A stretch of DNA of 64,000 nt from Candidatus Undinarchaeota archaeon (GTDB lineage: Archaea > Undinarchaeota > Undinarchaeia > Undinarchaeales > UBA543): contig CAZMMZ010000002.1 of NCBI GenBank assembly GCA_964567575.1, positions 26,004-90,003 of the forward strand. The letters are read 5' to 3'. Numbering within the stretch: position 1 is the first letter of the stretch; each line of letters begins with the position of its first letter. The position numbers and the translations under genes are program-made. Shown here piece after piece: positions 7,766 to 17,082 of this stretch. The notes beneath the pieces were generated by a model. It searched no databases, was not told the DNA's origin, and saw only the letters and a program-made list of their open reading frames with translations.

Positions 7766-9136
7766 TTACATGCCTGGAACTCGACCTTTGAGCATTTTCA
7801 TCATTTTTCCCATTGATCGTTTATTTCCGCCAACTTGCTTCATCATTTTTTTGCTGAGTTTATATTGTTTCAAAAGCATTCTAACTTCTTCAACTGATGC
7901 TCCGGCACCGGCTGCAATTCTTTTGACACGAGAACCGCTAATAACATCTGGATTTTCCATTTCATCTTTTGTCATGGATTCCATAATCACAGTGAAGCGC
8001 TTAATCTTTTCTTCAGACATTTGCATCTGATCTTTTGGAATTGCTCCTCCGAGAGGAAGCATGTCAAAAATTTTGCTGAGAGATCCCATTTTTTTCATAC
8101 TCTGCATTTGCTTATAGAGATCTTTTAATGTGAATTTTCCTTTTGCAAACTCCTTTGCTTGTTGTTCCATTCCTTCTTGATCTTCATCTTCATAAATCTC
8201 TTTGATTTTTTTAGCAAGGGATTCAAGATCCCCCATTCCAAGAAGTTTTTCAATAAATTTTGTTGGATTGAATTCTTCAAACTCGCTGATGCTTTCTCCA
8301 GTACCAACAAATTTAATTGGAACGCCAAGAGTTGAACAAGCAGATAATGCTCCACCACCTTTTGCACTTGAATCAAGTTTTGTGAGAATAACACCTGTTA
8401 CACCAACAGTTTCATTAAAAGCGCGAGCTTGCTGTGCAGCTTTTTGACCAACATCAGCGGGCATTATCAAAAGTTTTTCATCTGGTTTAAAATAATCATT
8501 AATTTTCTTTAATTCTTCTGTTAATTCTTTGTCAATAACGCTTCTTCCTTCTTCATCTTGTGTTAGAGCATCACGACCAGCCGAATCAACAAGAACAACA
8601 TCAGCGTCTTTCGTTTTGTCAATATTATCTTTTATAATTTGAACCGGATCTTTTCCACCACCAAAAACCGGGATTTGATTTTCTTCACCAAGTTGCTTTA
8701 ACTGCTCATAAGCAGCAGGTCTCCAAGTATCTGTGGAAATCATTACAACTTTCAAACCTTTTTTCTTCAAATATTTACCAAGCTTTGCAGTTGTTGTAGT
8801 TTTACCAGAACCAAAAAGACCAACAAGCATAATTTTTCCTTTGTCCTTTAATTCGAGTTTTCCTGCTTCGCCAGCAAGCGATGTCATAAGTTCTTCATAT
8901 ACAATATTTACAATATGTTCACGTTTTGAAAGTCCAGTTTTTGGTTTTTCTTCCGAAGATCTTTTTTTAATATTCTCCGAAAGTTGGAAAACAAGCTTAA
9001 CATTTACATCAGCAGCTAAAAGTGCGCGTTGAATTTCTTTTACTGTAGTTTCAAGAGTTTCTTTGTCAATATACCCGGCTCTCGCTATTTTTCGCAAACT
9101 TTCCCGCAATGCACTACCTAGCTTATCAAGTACCAT
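7766..9136 (-). CDS. srp54: Signal recognition particle 54 kDa protein
   Basis: MVLDKLG start, GLFGSGKTTT, DTWRPAAYEQL, DSAGR, TKLDSSAKGGGALS, Met-rich M domain with SRVKRIAAGAG. Confidence 0.97.
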   Translation of the reverse strand: MVLDKLGSALRESLRKIARAGYIDKETLETTVKEIQRALLAADVNVKLVFQLSENIKKRSSEEKPKTGLSKREHIVNIVYEELMTSLAGEAGKLELKDKGKIMLVGLFGSGKTTTTAKLGKYLKKKGLKVVMISTDTWRPAAYEQLKQLGEENQIPVFGGGKDPVQIIKDNIDKTKDADVVLVDSAGRDALTQDEEGRSVIDKELTEELKKINDYFKPDEKLLIMPADVGQKAAQQARAFNETVGVTGVILTKLDSSAKGGGALSACSTLGVPIKFVGTGESISEFEEFNPTKFIEKLLGMGDLESLAKKIKEIYEDEDQEGMEQQAKEFAKGKFTLKDLYKQMQSMKKMGSLSKIFDMLPLGGAIPKDQMQMSEEKIKRFTVIMESMTKDEMENPDVISGSRVKRIAAGAGASVEEVRMLLKQYKLSKKMMKQVGGNKRSMGKMMKMLKGRVPGM

Positions 9137-9237
9137 GGTGTATCCTCTTAATATTTCTATTAATATTTGTTGTGGTTGCTGATTTTGTAAGTGAAAATGT
9201 TTATAAGTACTTGCAACACTGAAAAGCTGAGGGGATA

Positions 9238-9387
9238 ATGTTGGATGAGGAGAGAGAGTTAGGTCCAATTACAGGATTAAGAGCAGGCCTTGCAGGGGTT
9301 ATGGTTCTTTTTTTAATTTTACTTATGATATACTATACATTTTGGCCAATTGTTAAGATAGCTATCGGTTTTCTTCCAACATTATAA
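9238..9387 (+). CDS. Small single-TM protein (49 aa)
   Basis: MLDEERELGPITGLRAGLAGVMVLFLILLMIYYTFWPIVKIAIGFLPTL; GAGGGG SD and TTATAA upstream; fills the gap. Confidence 0.6.
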   Translation: MLDEERELGPITGLRAGLAGVMVLFLILLMIYYTFWPIVKIAIGFLPTL

Positions 9388-9434
9388 TTTTAAAGTAACG
9401 AAAAGTATATAACGCATTTTTTGACAAAAACACT

Positions 9435-9989
9435 ATGCAATCTGGAAAACATATACTCATAAGTGCTGTAGCTGGAATCGCATTATTCTATTTACTCGGA
9501 ATGCCAATTTTTTCAAAAGAGCTTGCAATAATTGTAGTCTTTGGATTTTTAATTGATTTAGATCATTTGTTTAATCAAATGTGGAAAGGTAATCTAAGAA
9601 ATCCCCCAATAATGATACGCGAATGGGAAGCAACTGCTGAAGCTCATACTGGAGAACTTTATGTATTTCATTCTTACGAATTCATTGCAATAATTGGAGT
9701 TACAAGTATATTTTTCCCAATAATGCGTTTTGCACTTGTTGGATTAGTATTACACTTTTTTTGTGATGCAATTGTAAATTACAAATCCACGCGTACGTTT
9801 GAATGGGTGGAAGATTATTCAGCAATATACACCTTTTACACAATGCGTCACTACAATGTTGAAAAAAGACTTTTTAGATCATTCAAAAAAATGATTCACC
9901 CAAAAACAATTCCACATATTGTTATGATCTATCTTATCTATGTTTATACACATCCAAATCAATTCTTGAAATGGTTTCTTTTTAAGTAA
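9435..9989 (+). CDS. Membrane-bound metal-dependent hydrolase (YdjM-like)
   Basis: N-terminal His (GKH), DLDH, FHS and HFFCD motifs on TM helices. Confidence 0.7.
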   Translation: MQSGKHILISAVAGIALFYLLGMPIFSKELAIIVVFGFLIDLDHLFNQMWKGNLRNPPIMIREWEATAEAHTGELYVFHSYEFIAIIGVTSIFFPIMRFALVGLVLHFFCDAIVNYKSTRTFEWVEDYSAIYTFYTMRHYNVEKRLFRSFKKMIHPKTIPHIVMIYLIYVYTHPNQFLKWFLFK

Positions 9990-10031
9990 TTGAAAAGCTA
10001 TTTATACAAAACATCCAATGGATTATTCCAC

Positions 10032-10104
10032 GGGCCCATGGTCTAGTGGCTATGTCGTCGCCTTCACATGGCGAAGGTCGTCGGTTCAATTCCGACTGGG
10101 CCCA
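10032..10104 (+). tRNA. tRNA-Val(CAC), no intron, CCA not encoded
   Basis: Acceptor GGGCCCA/TGGGCCC; anticodon arm TCGCC-TTCACAT-GGCGA; T arm GTCGG-TTCAATT-CCGAC; U11-U24 mismatch in the D stem. Confidence 0.95.
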
Positions 10105-10112
10105 TTAATAAA

Positions 10113-10289
10113 ATGACAACTTGTACCAAATGTAAACTCGAAATATCACAAGCCGAGCTTGTGAACTGTTCAGAATGCAATACTGAGTTGCACAAAAAGT
10201 GCTCCCGCAAATACGGTGATAAACGATACTGCCGGAAATGCCGCAAACTAATTGCTGAAGATAATCCAACCTGGATTGGAATGGAATGA
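10113..10289 (+). CDS. Small C4HC3 (PHD/RINGv-like spacing) zinc-finger protein
   Basis: CTKC-x11-CSEC-x4-H-x2-C-x9-CRKC in 58 aa; 4-nt overlap with rnp4. Confidence 0.75.
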   Translation: MTTCTKCKLEISQAELVNCSECNTELHKKCSRKYGDKRYCRKCRKLIAEDNPTWIGME

Positions 10290-10591
10290 AAAACAAACCA
10301 TCAAGGCAAAGTATTGTAGAACAGATTAAGAATTTATTTAAGCGTGCTGAGGATATTGCCGATAAGAAACCTGATGTATCAAAACGCACTGTTAAAAAAG
10401 CGCGTGCAGTCGGGATGAAACATCGCGTTCACATGCCAAAAGAAGTGAAGCACAAATATTGTAAGAAGTGCAATACTTTTTTGAAACCTGGAGTTAATTG
10501 CACTATTCGTTTAAATCAAAAAAAACAACCGCACCGTGTGATAACTTGCAAAGAGTGCGGGGCGATTATGAGAGTTCCATACAAAAAATAA
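10286..10591 (+). CDS. rnp4: RNase P protein component 4 (Rpp21)
   Basis: KHKYCKKCNTFLKPGVNCTIRL and ITCKECGAIMRVPY Zn ribbon. Confidence 0.92.
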   Translation: MKNKPSRQSIVEQIKNLFKRAEDIADKKPDVSKRTVKKARAVGMKHRVHMPKEVKHKYCKKCNTFLKPGVNCTIRLNQKKQPHRVITCKECGAIMRVPYKK

Positions 10592-10628
10592 TTAATACAT
10601 TAGTTCTTCAAAAGGTATGTTTATTTCA

Positions 10629-10817
10629 TTATTCAATATGAACAAATGAAGTAAAAACAATAACACCGGCTGCAATAACACCTGTCAATCCCGTGAGCCA
10701 CAGAGTTGATTCTGGTAGGAATTCAAGACTTATTACACCCATTGCGGAAAGTCCAAGAATTGCTATTATTGCTGCAATAACCAGTTGTATGATTATTACT
10801 ACCTATTTAATTTCCAT
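10629..10817 (-). pseudogene. Small two-TM protein with in-frame TAG at codon 5
   Basis: GGAG SD then MEIK*(TAG 10803-10805)VVIIIQLVIAAIIAILGLSAMGVISLEFLPESTLWLTGLTGVIAAGVIVFTSFVHIE. Confidence 0.5.
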
Positions 10818-10945
10818 TGTATTCTCCAATTCTTTGTTTTTCTTTTTAAACTTGTCTATCTCATAACAAACCTTATAAACACCTTATCCGATGAATTGTT
10901 CACCAATGGGGATTGGTTTTAACTCCGCAGCGGGAGAAATATAAT

Positions 10946-11539
10946 ATGGTAAATGCATATGACGTACCTGCATCAGATCTTATTGATGCAGTTGCAAAAG
11001 AACTAAAAAAGAATGACGCAATGAAACCACCAGAATGGATGGTTTATGCTAAGTCTGGTGCTCATGCAGAGCGACCACCACAAGATGATGACTTTTGGTA
11101 TATTCGAGGAGCTTCAATTCTACGTAAGATTTACGTTAGAGGAACTCTTGGAACTGAAAGACTTCGAACAGAATATGGTGGAAAGAAAAATCGAGGATCA
11201 AAACCAGAACAACATAGAAAATCTAGTGGTTCTGTAATCAGAAAACTTCTTCAACAACTTGAAGCAGCTGGTTATTTAAAGAAAGAAAAAGTTGGACGCG
11301 TTATTTCGCCAACAGGACAAAAACTTCTTGACAATACAGCATATGCTGTGTTCAAAAAACCAAAGACAAAAGAAGAAGCAGTCGTTGCAGTTAAAGAAAA
11401 GGCAAAAGAAATCGCAGAAAAACTTCCTGAAGAAAAACAAGATAAGCCAAAAATAAAAGAAGAGAAACCAAAAAAAGAAAAGAAAGAAGAAAAGGAAGCA
11501 AAACCTGAGAAAAAAGAAAAGCCAAAGAAAAAAGAGTAA
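10946..11539 (+). CDS. rps19e: Ribosomal protein S19e with K/E-rich C-terminal tail
   Basis: PPEWMVYAKSG, DFWYIRGASILRKIY, YGGKKNRGSKP, SGSVIRKLLQQLE, SPTGQKLLD. Confidence 0.95.
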   Translation: MVNAYDVPASDLIDAVAKELKKNDAMKPPEWMVYAKSGAHAERPPQDDDFWYIRGASILRKIYVRGTLGTERLRTEYGGKKNRGSKPEQHRKSSGSVIRKLLQQLEAAGYLKKEKVGRVISPTGQKLLDNTAYAVFKKPKTKEEAVVAVKEKAKEIAEKLPEEKQDKPKIKEEKPKKEKKEEKEAKPEKKEKPKKKE

Positions 11540-11549
11540 ACTTATTCTA

Positions 11550-11924
11550 ATGAACGAACAAGAACTTGAAGCAATTAGGCAGAAGAAGCTTGCAGAATTA
11601 CAAGAGCAGCAAGCAGTAGCTCAACAACACGCTCAGCAAGAAGCTTCTGCTAAACATCAGGTTGAAACTGTTCTCAAACAAATTCTTACACCAGATGCGT
11701 GGGAACAATGGAATAATCTAAAATATCGAGATACAATCTCTAGAACTGGCAATGCGCATCGTGTAGCTATTCTTCTTATTCAAGCTGTCCAAACTGGACA
11801 AGTTCAAGGCAAAATTAACAAAGAGCAATTAAAGAAATTTTTAAGTATTGTTCAAGAAAAAACACATAGAGAAATTAATATCAAAGGTCTTTCAGATAAA
11901 TTCCGCACTCCGAAAAAAGACTAA
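11550..11924 (+). CDS. PDCD5-like DNA-binding protein
   Basis: ELEAIRQKKLAELQ, LKQILTPDA, INKEQLKKFL; conserved position after rps19e. Confidence 0.88.
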   Translation: MNEQELEAIRQKKLAELQEQQAVAQQHAQQEASAKHQVETVLKQILTPDAWEQWNNLKYRDTISRTGNAHRVAILLIQAVQTGQVQGKINKEQLKKFLSIVQEKTHREINIKGLSDKFRTPKKD

Positions 11925-11950
11925 GTAAATAATTTTTTACAATAATTCTT

Positions 11951-12118
11951 CTATTTCATATGTGGGATAAGTAAACCAATTACTACTCCAAGAACTATTC
12001 CAACTGGAATACAGGTATACAAACTTTTGTTTGCAATTATTCCAAATACAATACCTGCAGCAGTTCCTAACGCAGCACCAATGGCAATCCCATAAGCAAC
12101 TTTCTCATCCATATCCAT
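11951..12118 (-). CDS. Small glycine-zipper two-TM protein (55 aa)
   Basis: MDMDEKVAYGIAIGAALGTAAGIVFGIIANKSLYTCIPVGIVLGVVIGLLIPHMK, GxxxG repeats. Confidence 0.7.
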   Translation of the reverse strand: MDMDEKVAYGIAIGAALGTAAGIVFGIIANKSLYTCIPVGIVLGVVIGLLIPHMK

Positions 12119-12151
12119 CAAAAAAGGTAGTTAATGTGGCTTTATAAGTCT

Positions 12152-12952
12152 TTATTTATGGCAATATCTTAAAATTGTTCTTTTTTGCTTAGCAGTAATG
12201 GATTCAAGAACACGCTTTACTGTACTTAATGATGATCTAAGTTTTTCAATAACCATACTTTTAAAATTAATTAATTTTTGATTTCCAACAACATTAATTG
12301 CTTTTTCTAAATCCTGTTCTAATGCATTAAGGAGATTGTTTGCATATGGTAAATTATTATATATCTCAATATTGTTTTTCACTCCATTGAACATTGTTTC
12401 AATATTATTCAGGAAATCCTCAATTACAATTGAAAAAACGCGTCCTAGAATCTTTTTTTCTCCTTGTAATTCTGCTTTAGCTTTAATGACATTATCTAAA
12501 CAGGTTTCCATTATTGTAACGACTTTCGTATACTCTTCATTCTTAAATTCTGTTTTCGCTTCTTTAACGTCATCTAGAAAAACATCCAAAGATCTGAGAA
12601 TTCTGCTTATGATTTCAGCTTTTTTCCGAGCTTTTTCATCTTTTGTCATATCTTTGAAATCAATTTCTTTTTCTGTAGAAGTTGCGGATTTTGAATCTTC
12701 ATCCCCACTAAAGAAGAAATCCCCTGCTTTCTTTAATTTTCCACCAGAACCGCTAAACAAACTACCACTACTTCCGCCTGATGATGTTTTTGTACTGATT
12801 TTTTTATTTTTAACCAATTTAAACAATACAATAATAAGAATAATTGCTACAACACCACCAATTGCCCATGGTGCATATGTTTTTGCTTGAGCTCCAGTTA
12901 TTCCTAAATTTGGAAAACCTGCAGAACCGCCCCAGCGTGGATCAGTAGCCAT
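12152..12952 (-). CDS. Hypothetical membrane-anchored protein with Gly/Ser linker and helical domain
   Basis: 266-aa ORF, TM at aa ~29-47, SSGGSSGSLFSGSGG linker, helical C-terminus. Confidence 0.7.
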   Translation of the reverse strand: MATDPRWGGSAGFPNLGITGAQAKTYAPWAIGGVVAIILIIVLFKLVKNKKISTKTSSGGSSGSLFSGSGGKLKKAGDFFFSGDEDSKSATSTEKEIDFKDMTKDEKARKKAEIISRILRSLDVFLDDVKEAKTEFKNEEYTKVVTIMETCLDNVIKAKAELQGEKKILGRVFSIVIEDFLNNIETMFNGVKNNIEIYNNLPYANNLLNALEQDLEKAINVVGNQKLINFKSMVIEKLRSSLSTVKRVLESITAKQKRTILRYCHK

Positions 12953-13039
12953 GCTCTACTTGTGTATCTCCTTGTTTATAAATTCTGTTGAATGCAACCA
13001 AAATGCCTATATACCTCTGTAAAAACATTTCTTGCACTT

Positions 13040-13654
13040 ATGAAAGCAATATTGCTATACTCAGGAGGTAAGGACTCTTCACTTGTAGCTCATTTGCTAA
13101 AGCAGCTCGGTTATGAAATCACTTGCGTTACAGCGAATTTCGGAGCTGATCCTGAATGTGTTAAAGTAGCAGGCAATGTTGCAAAAACATTTGGATACAA
13201 ACACGAAGTTCTAGAAATGCCAAAAGAAATACTCGAAAAAGGAGTTGATATGTGTCTTGAAGCTGGTTATGGTAGGCCAGGCATCAATTATATTCATCAT
13301 GAAGTTCTTGAGAAAACTTGTGAGAAATATAGTAAAGATTATCTTGTAATTGCTGATGGTTGCAGACGCGATGATAAGACTCCAAAAATAACATATCCAG
13401 AAACTCAAAGCTTAGAAGCACGTCATAAAATTCAATATTTTTGTCCGCTAAATGGCTTCCCGCACGCCACCATAAAGTATTTAACAGACAATCTCTTCGA
13501 AATAGAAGTAATTAAGGCAGGAGCTGTGCCGACTTCTGAATATGAAACTGAAATACGCGCTATACTAAGCGCTCGCGGCGAAGATCCTACAAAAATATTT
13601 CCAAATCATCATACTCATACAATAGTTAAAGGTTACAAAAATGGCAGCACATAA
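13040..13654 (+). CDS. Archaeal PP-loop superfamily ATPase (conserved upstream of rpl39e)
   Basis: [12 protein letters not shown]-loop, [22 protein letters not shown]; position immediately before rpl39e. Confidence 0.85.
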   Translation: MKAILLYSGGKDSSLVAHLLKQLGYEITCVTANFGADPECVKVAGNVAKTFGYKHEVLEMPKEILEKGVDMCLEAGYGRPGINYIHHEVLEKTCEKYSKDYLVIADGCRRDDKTPKITYPETQSLEARHKIQYFCPLNGFPHATIKYLTDNLFEIEVIKAGAVPTSEYETEIRAILSARGEDPTKIFPNHHTHTIVKGYKNGST

Positions 13655-13796
13655 ACATCTAAGTTACAAGCTTCGGCTTGGGAAAAGAGAGAAACAAAAC
13701 AGAATTGTTCCACTGTGGACTATAATGAAAACAAAGAGAAAAGTACGATCTCACCCACAACGAAGATATTGGAGAGCTTCAAAATTAAAGGTATAA
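13641..13796 (+). CDS. rpl39e: Ribosomal protein L39e
   Basis: Manual translation [51 protein letters not shown]; KQNRxVPxW and RRxWR motifs. Confidence 0.93.
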   Translation: MAAHKHLSYKLRLGKREKQNRIVPLWTIMKTKRKVRSHPQRRYWRASKLKV

Positions 13797-13800
13797 TCAA

Positions 13801-14277
13801 ATGGTAGATGAAGAAATAAAACCAAACAAGGAAGTTCAAGCAAAAGAACAGGACAAAAAGGCAGCTGAAGCTGTAGAGAAAAAGGAAAAGAAACAGGAAA
13901 AACCAGTTCCTAAAAAAGAAGAAAAGAAAGAAAAACCAAAAAAAGAATCAATTCTTGCTCAAGCAAAGCAAATGGCTCAAGCAAAGAAAACTGGAAAAGC
14001 CCCTGCAAAAGAAGACCCAAAAAAAGAAGTTAAGAAAGGTCCAGCACGCGTTTATACAATCTCACTCAAAAAATGCAGACCCCGAACTAAAAAAGTAAGG
14101 AAAGCAGTTATACAAATTAAAAACTTTGTGCTTAAGCATACAAAACAAGAGCCAGTAATTGACCAAGAACTTAATGAGTTGCTTTGGTCACATGGCAAAG
14201 AAAAACCACCTGCACGAATTCGCGTTTCTGTTGAGACAACTGATGATGGAAAATCTTTTGTTAGTCTCAAAAAATAA
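13801..14277 (+). CDS. rpl31e: Ribosomal protein L31e with ~80-aa K/E-rich N-terminal extension
   Basis: RVYTISL, KAVIQIKNFVLKH, IDQELNELLWSHGKEKPPARIRV. Confidence 0.88.
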   Translation: MVDEEIKPNKEVQAKEQDKKAAEAVEKKEKKQEKPVPKKEEKKEKPKKESILAQAKQMAQAKKTGKAPAKEDPKKEVKKGPARVYTISLKKCRPRTKKVRKAVIQIKNFVLKHTKQEPVIDQELNELLWSHGKEKPPARIRVSVETTDDGKSFVSLKK

Positions 14278-14287
14278 GGAGTAAAAA

Positions 14288-14593
14288 ATGAAAAATTTCA
14301 AAGTTACAGGCAATTACTTTTACAGACAAGACACATACCCTTTTACTAAAACAGTTACATCTGAAAACGAGGATGCTGCTCGCGAAAAAGTTTACATGCT
14401 TATGGGATCAAATCATAAACTTAAACGAGGAGAAATGGAAATTACTGAAGTTGAATCTATTAAATCTGAATCAAAACCAGTAACAAAATCAAAAGAAGAA
14501 AAACCTCCTGAAAAAGTTGAAGAAAAAACAGAAGAGCCAGTTCCTGAAGAACCAAAAGAAGAAGCCCCTGTTGAAACTCCAAAAGCTGAATAA
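14288..14593 (+). CDS. rpl18a: Ribosomal protein LX (L18Ae/L20a family) with acidic C-tail
   Basis: FKVTG, FTKTVTSENEDAAREKVYMLMGSNHKLKRGEMEI. Confidence 0.88.
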   Translation: MKNFKVTGNYFYRQDTYPFTKTVTSENEDAAREKVYMLMGSNHKLKRGEMEITEVESIKSESKPVTKSKEEKPPEKVEEKTEEPVPEEPKEEAPVETPKAE

Positions 14594-14598
14594 TTACA

Positions 14599-15039
14599 AT
14601 GGATAAAAAAATCGACGAACAAAATTTCCAGCAAAAATATATGCAATATAATCTTTACAAACAGCAAGCGCAGGGTTTGCTGAAAGAAATATCACTTCTT
14701 AATCAAACTATGCAGAATTTAACTATTGCACAAGAAGTTCTCACAAATTTAAATGGTGCAAAGAAAGATTCTGAAATTTTAGTTCCTGTTGGTGGAAACA
14801 CATTTGTTAAAGCAAAAATAGCAGATGAAAAAAATGTTCTTTCAGGTGTCGGTGCTGATGTTATTTTGAAAAAACCAATTCCTGAAGCACTTAAAACAAT
14901 TACTGAACAGCTTGAGAATTTGAAAAAGACCGGCGAAGAACTTGGAACCAAGATGAAAGAAATTGAAGATAATATGCGAGATCTTGAACCGGAAATTCAG
15001 AAGATGATGATGCAAGCTCAGAAAGAGCACAAGCATTAG
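14599..15039 (+). CDS. pfdA: Prefoldin subunit alpha
   Basis: Coiled coils flanking EILVPVGGNTFVKAKI...VLSGVGADV; conserved position before ftsY. Confidence 0.93.
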   Translation: MDKKIDEQNFQQKYMQYNLYKQQAQGLLKEISLLNQTMQNLTIAQEVLTNLNGAKKDSEILVPVGGNTFVKAKIADEKNVLSGVGADVILKKPIPEALKTITEQLENLKKTGEELGTKMKEIEDNMRDLEPEIQKMMMQAQKEHKH

Positions 15040-15085
15040 TTATTCCAAAACCCTTATATGTTACTAGTTTTATCCAGCTATTACA

Positions 15086-16447
15086 ATGTTTAAGAATTTA
15101 AAGAACAAGCTCAAGAAAGCCATTTTTGGCGTCTCCAAGAAGATTGAGGAGCCCGAAGGTGAAGTAGAAGAGCAAGAAGAAGTTATTGAAGAAGAAATTC
15201 CTGAAGAACCTGAAGAAGAAAAAGTAGAAGAGGTTGTTGAAGAGCCAGCGGAGGAAGAAAAAGAAGAACCTGAGTCAGAACCAGAGCCTGAAGTTAAACC
15301 CGAACCAGAAGAAATCCCAGTTGAAGAACCAGAAGAAGTTATTGAAGAAGAAATTACTGATGAACCAGTAATTCAAGAAGAAATTCCTATTTCTGATGAA
15401 GATCAAAAATTAATTGAAGAAGCACAAAAAGAAGCTGAAGAAGAAATCAAAAAGCATAAAGAAGTTTTGAAAAAAGAAGGAGAAGGTTTTTTCAAGAAGC
15501 TTTTCAAAAAAGAGAAAAAAGAAGAGCCAAAAGAAGAACCCGCAGAAAAGCCAAAAGAAGATGCAAAACCCGAACCAAAGAAAGCAACTTTAATGGAGCG
15601 CTTGAGAAATAAGAAAATTTCTGAGAAAGATTTTGATGGGATTCTATGGGATCTTGAACTTGCACTTGTTGAAAATGATGTTGCAAAAGAAGTTACTGAG
15701 AAAATAACAGGAGATATTAAAAAGGAGCTAATTGGTTCTGAAACATCACGTCAAAGTGTTGAGCAAATAATTACTGATGCTCTTAAAAAATCTGTTGAAG
15801 GTATTTTAGAAAAAGAATCAGTTGATGTTCTTAAATTAGTAAAAGAAAAAAGCGAGAAGCCGCATGTGATTTTGTTCTTTGGATTCAATGGCACTGGTAA
15901 AACAATGACTATTGGTAAATTCGCTAAGCTTTTGAAAGATAATGGATTGAGTTGTGTTATGGCTGCTGGTGATACTTTCAGAGCTGCAGCAATTGAACAA
16001 CTTGAAGTTCATGCAAAGAATCTTGATGTTCCTATAATTAAACAAGAAAGAGGTTCTGATTCAGCTGCTGTTATTTTTGATGCAATTGCTCATGCAAAAT
16101 CTAAAGGTATTGATGTTGTTCTTGCAGATACAGCAGGCCGATCTGATACTAATATTAATCTAATGGATGAGTTGAAGAAAGTTGTGCGAGTTAACAAACC
16201 TGATTTGAAGATTTTTGTTGCAGATTCACTTACTGGTAATGATGCAGCGGATCAAGCAAAGGTTTTCCATGATGCAGTTGGTATTGATGCATCTGTGCTC
16301 ACAAAAGTGGATTGTGATGCAAAAGGTGGAGCTTGTTTATCAGTATCTTACATGACTGATGCACCTATTATTTACATTGGAACCGGGCAGGAGTACGGCG
16401 ATATGGAGCCATTTAAACCTGAATGGTTCTTAGAAAAAGTTTTTTAG
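15086..16447 (+). CDS. ftsY: SRP receptor FtsY with acidic N-terminal domain
   Basis: [43 protein letters not shown]. Confidence 0.96.
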   Translation: MFKNLKNKLKKAIFGVSKKIEEPEGEVEEQEEVIEEEIPEEPEEEKVEEVVEEPAEEEKEEPESEPEPEVKPEPEEIPVEEPEEVIEEEITDEPVIQEEIPISDEDQKLIEEAQKEAEEEIKKHKEVLKKEGEGFFKKLFKKEKKEEPKEEPAEKPKEDAKPEPKKATLMERLRNKKISEKDFDGILWDLELALVENDVAKEVTEKITGDIKKELIGSETSRQSVEQIITDALKKSVEGILEKESVDVLKLVKEKSEKPHVILFFGFNGTGKTMTIGKFAKLLKDNGLSCVMAAGDTFRAAAIEQLEVHAKNLDVPIIKQERGSDSAAVIFDAIAHAKSKGIDVVLADTAGRSDTNINLMDELKKVVRVNKPDLKIFVADSLTGNDAADQAKVFHDAVGIDASVLTKVDCDAKGGACLSVSYMTDAPIIYIGTGQEYGDMEPFKPEWFLEKVF

Positions 16448-16461
16448 TATAATATAGTACT

Positions 16462-17082
16462 TTGTCATCTCTTTTTCAAAGAGAATTTAGCTACTTGTGT
16501 ACTTCTATTTCTTCTCTCTTTTGCGCTGTTTTTTTCCTTTACGTGAGCGTGGTTTGGGCGTTCCCCCTCCTACAAACCACGTCTCATTCTTTTCCAGTTA
16601 TAGATTCTCAAGAATCCACTGCAAATGAGGATTTCATTGTAGTTTTCGTAGATTTTCAAAATAAAAAATCATCAACTGAATTTGCGGATATTCAAAAAAT
16701 TTTCTCAAGTCAAGAGCCAGGATTTCCCAGCGTCTATAATTATTATAAGGAATCATCTGAAGGAAAATTCCTTCCCAGATTCCATTTCATTGATGGATGG
16801 TACACATCTGAACAAGATATGGAATATTATGGCAATGACGCAAAGAAATCCAAATCCAATTGCGGAACAGAAACAATAGATTCTGCAAACACTTGCACAG
16901 CTGAACTTGTAAAAGAAATTCTTGAACTTCTCTCAATTGTTTGGCTTGCAAAAATAGTTGCAATTGGTGTATTCGCGTATTTTTTCATTAAACATTTTAA
17001 GCTGTTTATGATAGCTGGCGCAGTTATGCTAATAACTTTCCTATTTTTCTCAGTTCTTTCAGTTGCATTACCAATGTTCTGA
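16462..17082 (+). CDS. Apparent chimera: N-terminal part of an M6 (InhA-like) metalloprotease domain fused to two TM helices; no HExxH
   Basis: IVVFVDFQ...SVYNYYKESSEGKF...GWYTSEQDMEYYGND resembles the M6 N-terminal subdomain, then switches abruptly to hydrophobic SIVWLAKIVAIGVF. TTG start. Confidence 0.5.
   Translation: MSSLFQREFSYLCTSISSLFCAVFFLYVSVVWAFPLLQTTSHSFPVIDSQESTANEDFIVVFVDFQNKKSSTEFADIQKIFSSQEPGFPSVYNYYKESSEGKFLPRFHFIDGWYTSEQDMEYYGNDAKKSKSNCGTETIDSANTCTAELVKEILELLSIVWLAKIVAIGVFAYFFIKHFKLFMIAGAVMLITFLFFSVLSVALPMF

Noticed and set aside
9137-9268. N-terminal extension on SRP54 (likewise the track's longer starts for gatD, atpA, pyrG, porA, rps19e and the epimerase)
   Set aside because: These run through promoter or neighbouring-gene sequence; internal starts match family N-termini and SD positions.
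10803-10805. Pyrrolysine or TAG reassignment
   Set aside because: TAG terminates pfdA, ftsY, tatD and rpl40e; no pyl genes in the window.
15120-15580. Tandem DNA repeat array in the ftsY 5' region
   Set aside because: GAA-rich low complexity from a Glu/Pro-rich domain; acidic N-domains are known for FtsY.
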